DNA from: Diplonema japonicum
Lineage: Eukaryota; Protista; Euglenozoa: Diplonemea
Assembly (NCBI GenBank): GCA_964019335.1
Contig: OZ025663.1
Span: forward strand, 434,001-498,000
DNA: 64,000 bases
Direction: 5' to 3'
Shown piece by piece: positions 11,637-25,706 of this stretch. A program made the translations under genes and the position numbers. Under the pieces are notes generated by a model. The model saw only the letters and a program-made list of their open reading frames with translations, did no database searches and had not been told where the DNA came from. Position 1 is the first letter of the stretch; each line of letters begins with the position of its first letter.

Positions 11637-12623
11637 ATGCCACCAAAAGCAGCTGCGGTACCGGTGCTACCCCAACGGCCACAGGTAGGAGCAAAAAAAA
11701 AAAAAAAAGAAAAAAAAGAAACACAACACAACACAACAGACACCTAATGACGTTGCGATACAAAAAACAGAAAGCGCCCTACATGGCATAGAATCGAAGG
11801 GGGACAAGTGGAAGTTGAGAGAACACCAGTCGATGGGTGAGGGGATAAAAACCTTCCACCAGAAAGCCACAATCGAAATCGGGCTACAGGTCTGTGAGAA
11901 GCTTCTAGCTGGGCTGGACGCAAAGGTGGAGAATATACTCCACCAACGGTTAGAACCGCAGGCTGAGAAGGATGAGAAGGGGAAAAAGAAACCGCAGGGT
12001 ACCGACAGTGCGGTGACACCGCAACCCGTCTTCAAAAAAAACGAAATACGTGACGTGACACAGCTGCTGATGAGCTTCTACATGTTCGATAATGGTGCAT
12101 CCTTCAGAAGCACGGGGTCCCCTCCGAAACTAGTGGGAGACCTGAAACAAGAGGTTTGGAACGCAATAGAAGCTGCTAAAGAACAAGGCGATGCCACAGC
12201 GAAGAAAATCAGATCGAAGGCTGTTTTCAACCAGGTGGCCGTGGTTGACTTTCAAATACCTCATGATGACAGCGCAATCGCGCATATGTCAGTCCTTCCC
12301 GCCCCTCGGGGCTTCGACAGGGCAATATGGGAAGAGGTATAAAGAAGGGGAAGGAAAAAAAAAAAAAAAAAAGCCAGATGATACAATACCGAGGGAAGCG
12401 TATCCACCTGAAATGGGTGATGCACTGCCTCAAGAACGAGGTGATCCCGATCGTCACCCGAGACAAGGGCCTGGTCTCCATGTATGGTGTGACCCAATAC
12501 GCTTTGAAAGCGGTCAGCAGGGAAAAGGCACAGTTGCTGAACATCTTAAAGGAACAAGAACGAGTGCGGCATGAAGAGAGCACTGCTTGGGGCGACGGGC
12601 AAAAAGCAAAAGCTGGAAAATGA
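11637..12623 (+). CDS. Uncharacterised ~296-aa protein; exons 11637-11684, 11740-12336, 12378-12623
   Basis: MPPK- start. Two poly(A)-rich GT-AG introns (11685-11739, 12337-12377) join three ORF-track fragments in frame. Confidence 0.75.
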
Positions 12624-12788
12624 AAATGAACGAGGGGGGGGGGGGGGGGATACATCCACAACATCTATGTTAATACAAAAAGAAAAAGAAATCGCCCCAT
12701 CCCACATTTGCCTAACACACACAAAAGGGAGGGGTAGTGTAGGGGGAGGGGGGAGGGGAGGTGTTGAACAATGTTTGACATCTCTGAC

Positions 12789-14504
12789 ATGGCAGAGGCC
12801 GCAGGTGGAAACGACGAGCTTTACGACAGGGACACTTCAATGAGAGACGGGAGCACGGTATTTTAAAAAAAAAAAAAACTCACCCACCCCCCACCCCCCC
12901 CTTCACAGCAACTATACAACAAATATGAATTCCTCGAAGAGCTCGGGAAAGGAAGCTACGGCGTCGTAAGCAGAGCCAGAAGCAGAGACACGGGCACCGA
13001 AATGGCCGTCAAGCACATCGACAAAAAAGCAGCGGGCGACCGAGTATGGACAAAAAAAAAATTTAAAAAAAAACACAACCCCCAGGGCCTGCGAGAAGTA
13101 TTTTCCGAAGTGGAGATCCTGTCACTTCTAAGACACCCTAACATCATCCGGCTAGAGGAGATTTATGAGGATAGCAGTAATCTATGGTTGGTGATGGACC
13201 TAGTAGAGGGCGGCGAGCTGGAACAAGAGCTTAAAAAACACGGTTCGCTGCGAGAGAACATTGTAAAGAGGATCACAAAACACGTACTGCTCGCACTAGA
13301 ATACCTCCACGGGAAGGGCATTGTACACCGCGACTTAAAACTGGCCAACATGCTAGTAAGCGGGCGGTTTGAAGAAGGCGGCAACTGCGATGTAAAAATC
13401 GCCGATTTCGGATTTTCTTGTGTTGTGTCCAACGAGTCCACTCTGACAAGCTTCTGCGGTACGACAGTCTTCATGGCACCGGAGATTTTAATGGATCTTC
13501 CTTATGGAAAGCCGGTTGATATGTGGGCTGTTGGTGTTATTACGTATTTACTACTCTTCGGGCATCATCCTTTCGTGGGGCCTTCAGAAAGCCAGCTCAT
13601 CACCAGAATCTGCAACATTGATTTTTCATTAGATGACTCCCGCCTTGCAGCGTCGCTTTCAAAGCCTTGCAAGGATTTCATCTCACAACTCATTATCCTT
13701 GATGTTCATCAACGCCTCTCTGCAACAGAAGCGCTTCACCACGCGTGGCTAAGAGGTGATGATCTACCAAACTACGATTGCGATCCTTTGTACATGGATC
13801 TTGACTGCGAAGGGCTTACAACGCTTAAGGTGGATCCGAAAGGGAAATTTTTGAAATGTATCACTGCTTTGATGGCGTTGAACAGATTGATTTACTACAA
13901 CAAATCGAAAAAACTGGCCGAGGAAGACTGCAAGGATATTCAAATAACTCATGATTTCAGCTACCTTGTATCTGGGCGGTTTGAACCGAAGAGTGGGGTG
14001 GTTGCTGTTCCGGGAATGGTTGGTCCCAAGGCGGTACAAAGGCTTTGCGACATGGTTGAAGCTGGACGGGATATCGGAACGTGGAACATGTCCGGGAATA
14101 ATCTTTCTTACGAAGCGCTGCAAATGGTCGTCAAGGTGGCCGCAAACCACCCTAAACTAACCGATATCGATTTGTCGAACAATATAATCAGTAGCACTGG
14201 GGCCAGGGCTATCCTGAGGCTTGCGCGTTCTGGAACTTTACGTGAAATCCATCTTGTCGGAACCACGATTTCTGCAGATTTGCAAAATCAGATCGATTCA
14301 GCTCTGAAGGAGGCAAGGGCGCCGAGGAAGCCTCATCGTGTAAATCGGGTATCTTCGCCTGCCCCTCGGTCTGGGAAGAACAATTCAACACTCCCTTCTA
14401 TACATTCTGCGGTCCTTCCAAAGCTGGGTCTTCCTACTATCAAATCAACGCGGCCATCTGCGGGATCCGGGCGTTTTGGGATTACACCGAGGAAGCAAAA
14501 ATAA
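12789..14504 (+). CDS. CAMK-group Ser/Thr protein kinase with C-terminal LRR region; introns 12858-12908 and 13044-13085
   Basis: After splicing the kinase motifs are complete: LGKGSYGVV, MAVK, HRDLKLAN, DFG, CGTTVFMAPE, DMWAVG. LRRs follow (WNMSGNNL, IDLSNNII). The Gly-loop lies upstream of the ORF-track start. Confidence 0.92.
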
Positions 14505-14627
14505 AAAAAAAAAAAAAAAAAAAAAAAAAACTTCTCTTTTGTTGTATTATTACAATTTTTTTTTGTTTCTCCTTATTACTGTTTCTTCTTTTTTTTTTTT
14601 GGGTGAGGAGTGTCGACACCAAATGAC

Positions 14628-14679
<52 letters not shown>

Positions 14680-15398
14680 CGTTTCTCAAAAAAAAAAAAA
14701 GGAAATAAAAAAAAAAGTTGAATAAAACCTTTTCCAAGGTTTTTTGTTTTTTTTTTATTTTTATCCTTTTTACCTTAGTCGTTCACATTTTTTTTTTAAT
14801 TATTCCCCCACGCGCTGTCCCCTCAATACACAACACTGGAAAAGGAAAAAAAAGGGGGGAAAAAAAAAAGAATTAAAAAAAGAAAAAGAAAGAAAAGAGT
14901 TTGAGAATGCCCAAAAGTTGGCAGTCGAAACTTGCACATCACCACATTTAAAAAAAGAAGGAAATAGAAAATCAAAGATCGTGCACGTCCCCCCGAACCA
15001 TGTTCATGTTTGTTGTTTCATTCTAGTTCTACAAAACAGAAAAAGAACGAATAACAACAACAACAACAACAACAAAAGAAAGAAAGAAAGAAAGAAAGAA
15101 AAATAAATACACCTGGAAACCCCACGCACATCGCACTATCCACTTTTTTTTTTCTTCTTTCTCTTTCTTGAATTAAACAATATTTTTGTCGAGACTAAAA
15201 ACTACTTGATAAGCGCCAAAAAAAAAAAAAAAAAAAAATGATTTTTTTTTTCTTCTTCTTCCCTGTTTGCCTCCCTCTCTTTCTCCCTCTTTGATTTTTT
15301 GAAGATTTTTTTCATATTGCACCCACCCGTTTTTTTTTTTCTTCCTCCTGCCTTCCAAAAAAAAAAAAAACTCAAAGGGAAAAAAAAAAAAAAAAAAA

Positions 15399-17565
15399 AT
15401 GGTAGTACTCGATGTGCGTGCTCAACTGCCGCATGAAAATATCAAAGGAAAGACGTACGACCCGTACAGGGACATGTTGGGGAAGAATGTCTTTGAGACC
15501 GATTGGCAGCGTATCATAGAAGACGTTAAGAAGAACAGGCTTGTGAAAAACATGCTTGAAAAGGAGAGAGAGGCAAAGGGCAAGCGAGCCCGCAACGAGA
15601 TGAAAGCGAAAATGATGAAAATGGCGGAGGGATTGACCCAAGGTTTCAACAGCTGGTTAATATGGGGGTTCTCAACGTCCGCTTACATCGCAGGAGGGCA
15701 GGTTTACTCAGGGCTCCACATCGACCCTGACCAGTACATTGCACTCCGAGAACTCGCTGCCAAAGCTGCAAAGGAGAAAAGATCATTGATTTTCCTTCCT
15801 TCCCACAAATCGCATATCGATTACATCGCGATTCACTATTTGCTACACCGACTCGGCATAGACCTCCCATCGGTAGCGGCGGGGGAGAACCTTAACATAC
15901 CATTTGTAGGAAGCTTGTTGCAAAGATCCGGAGCGTTCTTCATCCGCAGATCCTTCGGCGGCAGCGATGGAAAACTGTACTCCTCCGTGGTGGGTGCATA
16001 CATTGAAGAACTTTTGAAACGAGGGATAAACCTGGAGTTTTTCCCGGAAGGCGGCCGATCCCGTACAGGCAAGCTCCTCCAACCAAAAGTTGGAATGCTC
16101 GGAATGGTTCTGAACGCCCTTCTAGACGGCGTCGTTTCCGACGCTTATGTAGTACCCATATCAGTTCAATACGACAGGCTGCTTGAAGGAAGCGATTATG
16201 CTGACGAACTTCTCGGCGCGAAAAAAAAGAAAGAATCCGTTACAGGCCTTGTCAATTCGGTTCAAACAATCGCCGTGAACAAAACCGGTAAGACAATGGG
16301 GTCCATCGAGGTCCGTATCGCCTCTGGTTTCTCCCTCAAACAATACATCACAGAGCATTCTTCTATCAAGCAGAACATACTCAAATGGGACCCTGTTGCA
16401 AATCCTACACATCGTCTACAGCTTTTCAAATCAACCGCTTATCGTGTCATGGATGATATAAACAGGATCTCTACCATCACACCAACCGCCATAGTTGGAA
16501 CGGTACTGTTAACCACCCGTGGGAGGGGTGTGGGGCGGGAAGAGTTGTTCAGAAAGGTTCTGTGGTTAAAGGATGAAATTGAGAAATCAGGCGGCGATGT
16601 TGCATGGCCGGCGGGGAGCACCTCTGAAATCATCGACATGTCATTGAAGGTTTTAGGGGATCTCGTCGAACCGCACTACCTCCTAGAACCCGTTTACTCT
16701 GTCAAAAACCATTTAGAACTCTCTTTCTACCGTAACATGGTGGTACATGTGTTCACAGAAAAAGCGATTGTTGCTGCGTCTTTGCACAGTTTTATGAGAG
16801 CGGACCCGTCACGAAAAACGGTTCAGCAACAAGAACTGATGGAAATGGCGGGAAAGCTAAGTAGGTTATTGAAGAATGAGTTCGTGTTCTCCGGGAATAC
16901 CGGCCGGATCCGTTCACAGCCTGGTCTTTCACAGGCATCCGGGGTGAAAGCTTTCCCTGCAGAAACACCTCTTCAAACAAATTTCCGTCTCGCGCTTGAT
17001 TCCCTTGTCGCGCAGGGTATTGTGCAGCTTGACAGCAACAACGATATTATCCTCTTCTCTACCGACCCTGAGCTTTGGAACCCTACGTTTACGTTTTTGT
17101 GTATGCTTGTGTGGCCGTTTATTGAATCGTATTGGTTGTGTTTAATAGGGTTTAGAGCAGCTTTTGGTGGTAAGGTGAACATGCTGATCAGAGAGGAGCA
17201 GTTTATGACCCAGCTGCAGAGCTTTGGGCAGATTATGTTCCACTTGGGGAATCTTAACTTTTTTGAGTCGATTTCAAAGGAGCCTTTGAAGTATGAAGGA
17301 AAAAAAAAAAAAAAAAAAAAACAGGCTGGCCTTGACAGCTTACGTGGAACTGGGTGTCGCGGTGCGCCGTGAGATTGAGGATGCGTCAAAAACGGTTACT
17401 AGTTACATTGAGCTTGGTACCGAGTTCAAAGCTGAGATTGCGAAGCTGCACGAATTCGAGCAGAGCATCAGGATGTTCAGGAGGCAGGGGAGATTCCAGA
17501 AGGATTTGGAATCGTACCCATCTTACCTTGCCAAGCTGGCTTTTGCGACAAAGGCCAAGATGTGA
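15399..17565 (+). CDS. GNPAT: Dihydroxyacetone-phosphate / glycerol-3-phosphate acyltransferase (PlsB family), probably peroxisomal; intron 17291-17324
   Basis: Acyltransferase blocks HKSHIDY (HxxxxD), GAFFIRR, FFPEGGRSR and VVPISVQY. The spliced C-terminus ends -AKM*, a PTS1-like tripeptide. Confidence 0.85.
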
Positions 17566-17774
17566 TGAAGTGTTTTATTCCCCCCCCTTTTTTTTTTTTT
17601 TTTATTCTAAACAAAATTTGAACATTGAACTTTGTGAGAGGGTGCAAACCTCGTCGGGGGGGAAGAGAAAAAAAGAAAAAAAGGAAAAAAGAGAGAAGAA
17701 GAAAAAAAAGAAATGATTTCTGGGTTGGCGTCCTGCCCCCATTTTCTTTTCTTTCTTCTTTTTTTTTCCTTTTT

Positions 17775-17835
<61 letters not shown>

Positions 17836-17931
17836 GGCTCCATTGAAGACCGTGAAGAAAGGAAGAGATAAAAACGATGATGTTAAAATCTTTTTTTTTT
17901 TTTTTTATATTAACCCAAAGAAGTTTTCGGG

Positions 17932-17964
<33 letters not shown>

Positions 17965-18839
17965 GAGAACAAAAATACCCTCACAAAGTTTTTTTTTTTC
18001 GCTCCTATTTGTCCCACCCCTTTGTATTTTTTTTCCCCCGCCTTTTATGTGCTCCTTACACTCTTTCTTCTTTACCCCTTCCTCTTTTTTTTTATATGTA
18101 CTGGCTGATCGTGGTCATGGAGGGTCTGTGGCTTTTAACTCCTTTTTACCTTGTGTCTGAAAACAACAGACACTTAACTATCTTGTGATGCTCAGTACTG
18201 CCCCCCAAATCTCGAGATGTTTTTTTTTCTCCTGGATTTCTTTTTTTTTTTTCCCGCCACCAAAAAGAGGAAAAAAAAACAATTTAGGGGGTTTTATTGT
18301 CCCCCCCCCCCCAAAAAAAGAATTTAAATTTTCTACTTTTTAAATATGTTCTCGTCAGGTTGTTGATTTTATCGTGTCTCTTTTTTTTTTTTTTTTTTTT
18401 TTTTTTTCTTTTTTCCCTCTTACATTCACCTCAAAAAGATCGAAAATGTATCTGCAGCAGAGGGGAGAAAATAAAGAAGAGAAAGGAAGAAGAAATTTAA
18501 AACAAAAAAAAAAAAGAAAACAAAAAAAAGAAGAAAATCCATCAGAGACCACACACACAACCCCTTTATATATATTGTTAAAGAAAACAGAGGTAACGGG
18601 GCGGCGGCTATGTAACCTTAAAACCACTTTTTTTTTTCTTTTTCTTTTTGCAACAATGACGAAACAAAAAAAAAGAAGAAAGAAAAAACCCCTCCCCCCG
18701 ACCCTGCTCTTTCTCGATATTTTCTTCCTTTTTTTTTACCCCCTTTTTTTTGCCGGTTTTCTATTTCGTCCCTCCCCTCTCCCCATTACATTTTTTTTTC
18801 AAAGAAATAAAACACACAGGAGAGGGGAGAAGGAGCGAC

Positions 18840-21800
18840 ATGCTATCCTTCATTGAAGAAGCAGATGAGAGTAAAAGGCTGAGCACGCTAGCAGGCCACA
18901 TCCAGCTAGGGCAATATGGGATGGCGAAGGGGATGATGCACAGTGTGTATCAGAAATGCAACAAGCTCGGGTTACTGAAGCTCCTCGGGGACGCAGTGAG
19001 GTGGGGGTGCATACGGCAAGACGCCAACGAAGAGTCTGTTGGCTACTACGGGCCTTGCTGGTACTGGTGGCGGTCCATCCCTGTAGGGGAGTCCAACAGC
19101 ATTCCGGGAATGTACCACTTCAGACAAATGGTCTTTGATGACTACCAGTACTTTGCGAGTGCGTACGTCCGAGAGCACGGCCAAGAAAGTACCCTCCCCT
19201 GCCCGTTGATAGCTGACACTGACGATGTCCGTACTGCCGACATACCACACTTCCTTGCTTACCTCGCACAAGGAACACTCTCCACAGAGCTCCGTCGGCT
19301 GTGCCCCTCCGAGACGAGCAATCTTAATGCGTTGATGAACTGGTACATCAGTCATTACCAGCACAAGCTCATCACCCACACCTTCCTTCCCGCAGAGATC
19401 GAGTTCAGCAGCCTTACACCCCGCGATGCTTCCGACATCCTCTACAACATATTCGACACAAAAGGATACAAAGCCATTGCGCACAAGCTTCTCCTCGGTC
19501 TCTGCAAAGTCACGTCTGAAGGGGAAGCCCTCTTTCAGATGTTTCAAGGACACGTCTGCACATCTCTCACTTCTCTGCACAGCCTACCTGTTGTGCTCAC
19601 ATCTCTTCCTTATCTGAGCCTCTCCTACGATGATGACGTTGCTGAGGACTGTCCTGCTTCCATCCCTCTCGAGGAACTCTTCACCATTCTCGTCAAGAAG
19701 TTCCCTTCGCACACCCAGCACTCCCTCATGGTTTCTGCCCTCATGTCGACGCACCTCCCCACTGCCTTGCCCATTCTACAACGTGTCATCCACTCCGGCA
19801 TCGACACCTCAGGTGTATCACGCATGCTGGGCACAAAGGGCGCCCCCGTCGATTGGGACTCTCTGACGCAAATTTCGGCTGCAGGCCACGGGAGCCCCTT
19901 CCACATCATCTTCAGCAAGGCGCTGGCCGTCATTGACGAACACTTGTCGCGTGGTGTTGACAACGACAAGCACCTCGGCAGCGCCTTAGCACCTCTCATC
20001 AATCCTCAAGACACGCAGCCTCTCAGGTGGCTGCTGCTTGTCGTCCTCTCAACTGGCGTGGCAGGCGTGCCTTGGAAACGGCGAAGGGTTACCTTTGGGG
20101 CTTGCTTCAGGATGCTAGCAGAGATGCCGGGGGATCTTCCTGAAGACCCCGTTTTGCAGTACTTAGCCAAGAATGCCATTTACGAGGGGAGCATGTACCA
20201 CACGCTGGCAGGGATGCTGGTGCGTGCGGCAGGGTCGCCTCAAGGCGAGGTGGTGATCCGGGGCATGGTGGGTGACGAAGCAATGGACATCTTGGCACGC
20301 ATCTTAGGGAGGGATACAGGAAGCTGGAGGTCCAGCGATGCTGATGCTGACGATGAGCGACTTGATCAGGTGGGGCGCGTGGCGTCTGCACTGGCAAGGC
20401 ACAAAGAGTCGTCGCTCCTATCAATACTGCAGCCCTTCCTCTCCCTGCTGGACCTTGATGCCGTGTCGACACTGCTCGCGTCACGTCCTGTGCTGGACGA
20501 TGCACACCGCAGGTACAGGCAGCGCGAGCTTAGTGTGCTTCGCTCACTGGGCGTGCTCGACGTACTGCTGAAGGCGATCCTGCGGCCGCGCAGCACAGAG
20601 GACGTGACGTCGCATATGATATCACACATGGAAGGCATCACATGGCCATCGCTGAAGATAGTCACCTTAGTGCACTGCCTGAGGCTTCTGTTTCTGAAGA
20701 GAGCAACGTTGAAGAAGGACACTGACTTGTGCAGTGGTCAGAAAAAGCCGTACTTGTGTGACCCAGCTGTTGTGCTGGCGGTGACACAAGTGGTGACTAA
20801 GATGTGTGAGGCCATTGTGGACGACGAGGATGCTGATGACTCAGACGTTCAAAGGGCGCAGGCGGTAATGCGATGGGCAGCATCGATCACCGAGAGGATG
20901 TCGCTGGCGAGGTGGGTCATGGAATACGACAACAAGGGCTTGCCTAAAGGGTGCCTTATCTCGCATGCATTGCTACCTGCAGCTTCCTATCTGGTTGTAG
21001 CGCTGAATAGAAATGATTACGTGCGAGCAAAACAAATACGCTTGTTCTTCACTCAGCGACGCACTTCCCCTACCCCCGACGACGGCCTCAAGCAGCTGCT
21101 GTACGAACTGCGTTTCAATTCAACTGACCAACCAGCTCAGAGCTTCATCGAGCGAATCGACAAGAGTATTAAAAGAGGTGAGACCTCTTCACTTCTGGGT
21201 GAGCACCTTCCAAGCCAAGTGGTACGCAAAAGTGGTGACGAGCTTCTCTCAATCGAAGAGGTGGTGCTGGGGGAGGCTGATCCCTTTAAGGAGAACGAGA
21301 CGCACGCAGGGAGGTTGGTGCTAACATTGATGCAACGGCAAGGGTGGCAAGGCATCCATTTTGATGGTGGTGCTGAGATGCTGCAGGCTGTTGGTGGAAA
21401 TACAAGTATCGTAGGCATGTTCGTGGAGTACATGCGGCGGGCCTCACTGGCCATCTCGCCTGGCCCAGAACTACTCTCGATGCTGCCCACCGACCACATG
21501 CGAAGGATGATTTATGAGACGCACCAGTTTAAAGCTGTAGAGGAGTACGCAAAGCTCATTCGCATCAACCCACGCAGGTCTGCTTTCAGCTTGCTATCGC
21601 AGAAGCGTGACGAGAATGAAGCAGTGCCGAACATCTCAGTGCCTGTGGTGAAGTGGTTGTCACGGAACAAGCAGCACTGCAACGTGGATACTGTACTCGC
21701 GTGTCTGCTACTGCAAACGGGTGGCGAATGGGACCACTCGCTGCTTCACTGTGCTGCCCAGATGGCCACAAACCTCCCCTCACCCCATGTGGCGCGATGG

Positions 21801-24800
21801 ATAGCCTTGCGCCTGCAGGCTTTGGAGCATCTCGTCGAGGTATATGGGATGAGCTCGAAGCCCGGTGTACCGCTCCACGAAAAGCCTCTGCCCCTAGACA
21901 CGGAGAGGATCATCAAGTCATTAACATTGGGAACGAGTTCCGTGCACCCTGCCCACCACAGCAAGCTGACCCTTATTACGAACGAGAAGAAACACGAGCT
22001 CGACATGGAAGCTGATGACGTTGCCTTGCAGGCATTGAGGCGGATCAGTGACCTCATCGGGATCGAGGACGACGCGTCTAATGAGTACAAACAGATCTTC
22101 GAGGTGGCCTGTGAGGGTCTCGAGTTCTTGAAATTGGCGGTGAATTCGAAGAACATCCCTGCGGACGAGTTCTACTCCGGGCTTGCTGACAGGCACAAGT
22201 ACAGCACTTCCCTGGATGAGGCGCTGAGCTGCATCGCGCACAATGATGAAACAGTTGCAGGACCGCCTGATTCGGCTCTTATTGACGCCGCTCATCTGCT
22301 GCTGAGGACAGCTTTACAGCTGAAGAAGCCAAAACCCGACCTGTCCGCAAGGCTTGTGACAGCTGCATCCAGCTTCATGCAGCGTGTAAAGGTGCCTTCT
22401 ATGATCGCAGGCGAGTTCTTGCTGTCAGACGTCTACGCGCCCCTCCTCACGCATTCTGTGCTGAGCGACGTGCTGCAAATCATTCCGCACGACGTCTCGT
22501 CTGTGCAGAACCTGCGTGAGAGCACAACACTCCATTTCGAGCTCTTGTCAAATTCAAAAACAGCACAGCTTGTGAAAGACGTCGCGCGGCTAGAACTGCT
22601 TGACACGGAGAGGGCGGAGGAGCTGCTGGAGTGCATTGAGAACCCGTTCCAAGCTCTCTCTGTGTTCAAAGCGCTTGGAACAAAAGACGACGACAAGTTC
22701 AGGCAGATGCACTGCGAGTGCATCAGCTTTCTGATCAATGAAGGACGGTACTTTGAAGTAAGCCAGTACCTGGATGAGGTTGGTGAGAAGTATGGTGAAG
22801 ATGAGACGAGGGAAGTATGCTTGACATTCGCAAGCTCAAGGTCACAAACGCTGGAGGCCAAGGAAATCGTTGCTGAGTTCGGGTGCGTGCAGCATGAAGT
22901 AAAACTAGGACTGAGTTTGCTGAACAGCTTGTCTGACAGCCAGCGGGGCAGCGTTATGATCCTCGTGAAGCGTCCTGATCTCCTGGCAGAGCAACTCCTC
23001 CGCGATGGGAAGATTCACAACGTGCACAAAGCGCTGCTCGACTTCCCCGACGTGGTGGGGACTAATGTACTTGTCTTCTACGCCAAGCGCAGCATGGAAG
23101 TGGCTGGGGCGAAGGCCCGCTCAACTGCCAACAAGCACCTCACACCCACGACGCCTAGGTTCAAAGAGGATGATCCCCACAGGGTTTCGTTCCGGTACTC
23201 TCAAGCACCTTGCCTTGCATTATGCAGGTCGTTGGTTCTTGTCATTACCGATAATCAAGTGGCGGGGAAGGTCTGCATGGACATCGCAGAAGAGATGGGT
23301 GACCTGCTCAAAGTGGCAAACCCCCCGAAGGGCAGGAAGTGGATCTTGTCAGCAATGGAGGAGCTCATCGTCATGGCACAGCGCAGGCTGATGGGCGGGT
23401 TCGGCGAGCTAATTGGCAGGTGCGACAGCCTTCTCAGCAAAGTAAAACTCCTGAAGTCTATTGAAGTTGCAGTGGGCTTCCGCTATGACCGGTGGACGCC
23501 GTGGGACGAGGGGTGGAACATGAACGACACAAAGGGCGACATTATAAAAGCACTCGATCTGGAGGGCCTGCTAGACAGGACGAAAGTGACGAAGGTAGTG
23601 GAATGCCTTGTGAGCTGGGACCGTATGGACCTCGCGTTGAACGTCTGCACAAAGTGCGGCATGGCACCCGATGCAGTGTGGGTGGCTTGGGGCAGAGCAG
23701 CTATCAAACTCGGCGACTGGGAAGCTGCAAAGCTTTACTTCGGAAAGTCCAACCCTTCTGTCGTGTGTGCCAACTTGAAGGAAATCCAAGAGTGCCTAGA
23801 AGGACCACCTATGCAAAGGCATGCCACTTTTACAACAGATGGCAGAATGCAGCCTCCACCCCCTGACAAGGGCCCGAGCTCAAAGGCAAGCTTTACAGCT
23901 GGCCTCAACAAAATGAGGTACCAGCAAGCCGTGTGGTACACCGACAATTACGGCATGGAGGAGGACGTGGTCACCTTCTACGTCAGGAGAAACGAACTGC
24001 AAAAGGCTGTGGCGCACATCATACAGAAGAAGCAACCCGCTTCGTGCTTCGTGACGAAGGTTGTGAAGCCGATGAGGCAGAAGGGCGACCTCGCCACGTT
24101 AAGGTCGGCCCTCTTGAGGCAGGACCAAAGCCTTGCCTCATGCCGCCACTTGTTGTTTGGCATGTGCAGGTACTTGCGGGATCTTATTAACAAGTCGAGC
24201 GGGTCGAGCAAGGCTGCGCTGCTGGAGGAGCTCTTCGAATGGCAAACGTGGATGTGCGACCATGTAAGGAGTGCCCTCACAGCGAGGGATCGATTCATCC
24301 TTGAAAACGACGTCGAGAAGCAAACACGGCTCATTGAGCTGGCGGAGTCAAGTCTCCGTCTTGCGCTTGACGAGCGCCAGCCGTACCAGCAATTGTCCGA
24401 CTCGCGTCCAGGCAGCACGGCCAGCACCCCTGTTGAGACGTCTCTGGCAACGCCGACCTTGACACCGCCCACTGCTACCTTGAGCTTCAACACGACGAAC
24501 AATGCCACCGGTGTCTCGCCAGGGCTGAGAAAGAAGGACTCTCTTATTGATGATCTGATGCTGGAAGCGCCTGTTCTCAACGCGAAAGGAATATCGTTGC
24601 CGCCATGCTGCCTAGACGAGGCGGGGATACGCGAGATCCTTGAAGTGGTGGAGCTGCAGAAGGCAGCGTTGAGGGTTCTGCGCGACTCGCTCCCAGGCAA
24701 ACGGTGCACGCTGTTCGGGTCGCAGGAAGAGCAGCGGATCATCGCAGAGCGCACGCTGGTGTATGACTTCGCTGTGGGATTCCAGATTATCAGAAAGCTG

Positions 24801-25383
24801 AACCTCCCGAGGCAGACGACCTTCTTGAAGGCGGTGAGCCATTGCGTCACGACAGGGAATGAAAAGAAAGTGGAAGCTACACTGCGGCAGATGAAGAACA
24901 CTTTGCCCTCTGAGGACCTGGACAAGATTGTCTTGTCGTGCGTTGAGCAGGTGTGTTTTATTTAATAAATAAATTATTGGGTTTTTTTTTTTTTTTTTTT
25001 TTTTTTTTTCATTACCACCGCAGTTTGCTGAAGTCATGTCCAGTGACACCAAGGCTGCCGAGCGGATCATCCCTCTTATCTCCGCGCCAAGCATGGAAGC
25101 TGCCAAGGCCTGGCTTCTCTGCAAAAAATGGAAAAAGGTATGCAATCGTGTGTTTTGAAGGTGCAACACCCCTCAGGCTTACTTCATTGCCGCTGAGCTT
25201 GCTGATCGCCCCCAAGGCATGGACCTCATACAAACTGTGCTAGATATGTGCTTGAACCAAGCAGGACCTTCCATGGAGGGCAAAAAGGTATGAGGGGGAT
25301 TCGTGGGGGAAAAAACAAAACAAAACAAAAACAAAAAGGTCATCGCAGCATGCCAAGACCTGCTCTCAAGGAACGGAAGGTAA
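18840..25383 (+). CDS. ZFYVE26: Spastizin/ZFYVE26 (SPG15)-like protein without a recognisable FYVE finger; introns 24951-25023, 25138-25176, 25288-25338
   Basis: C-terminal blocks resemble spastizin as I recall it: FRYSQAPCLALC, VWVAWGRAAIKLGDWEAAK, LFEWQTWMCDHVRSALT, KKAYFIA, terminal VIAACQDLL. Three short 3' introns restore the frame to the stop at 25381-25383. Confidence 0.8.
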
Positions 25384-25706
25384 AAAAAAAAGAAGAAGAA
25401 GAGGAAGAAGAAAAAACGCTGGGGAAACGTTTTTTTTTTTTTTTTCTTTTTTTTTTCTCGTCTCGTTTTTTCGTTTTCTTCATCCCTCTTTTTTTAACAG
25501 TCTTTCCTAGCCGATCGGTCCATGAGTGTGCCCAGAGGTTTTTTTTTTTTCTTCTTTGTTTTTCTTTTCAATACCCCCCTTTTTTTTGTTGTGGTTCTCG
25601 AGTCTAAAGTGAGCGTTTTCATTTTTTTTTCTTTTCCCCCTTTCTTTTTTTTTTTAACACAACAATCAGGAAGAGGAGAAGGGGAGAAAAAAAAAGGGGG
25701 GGGGAA

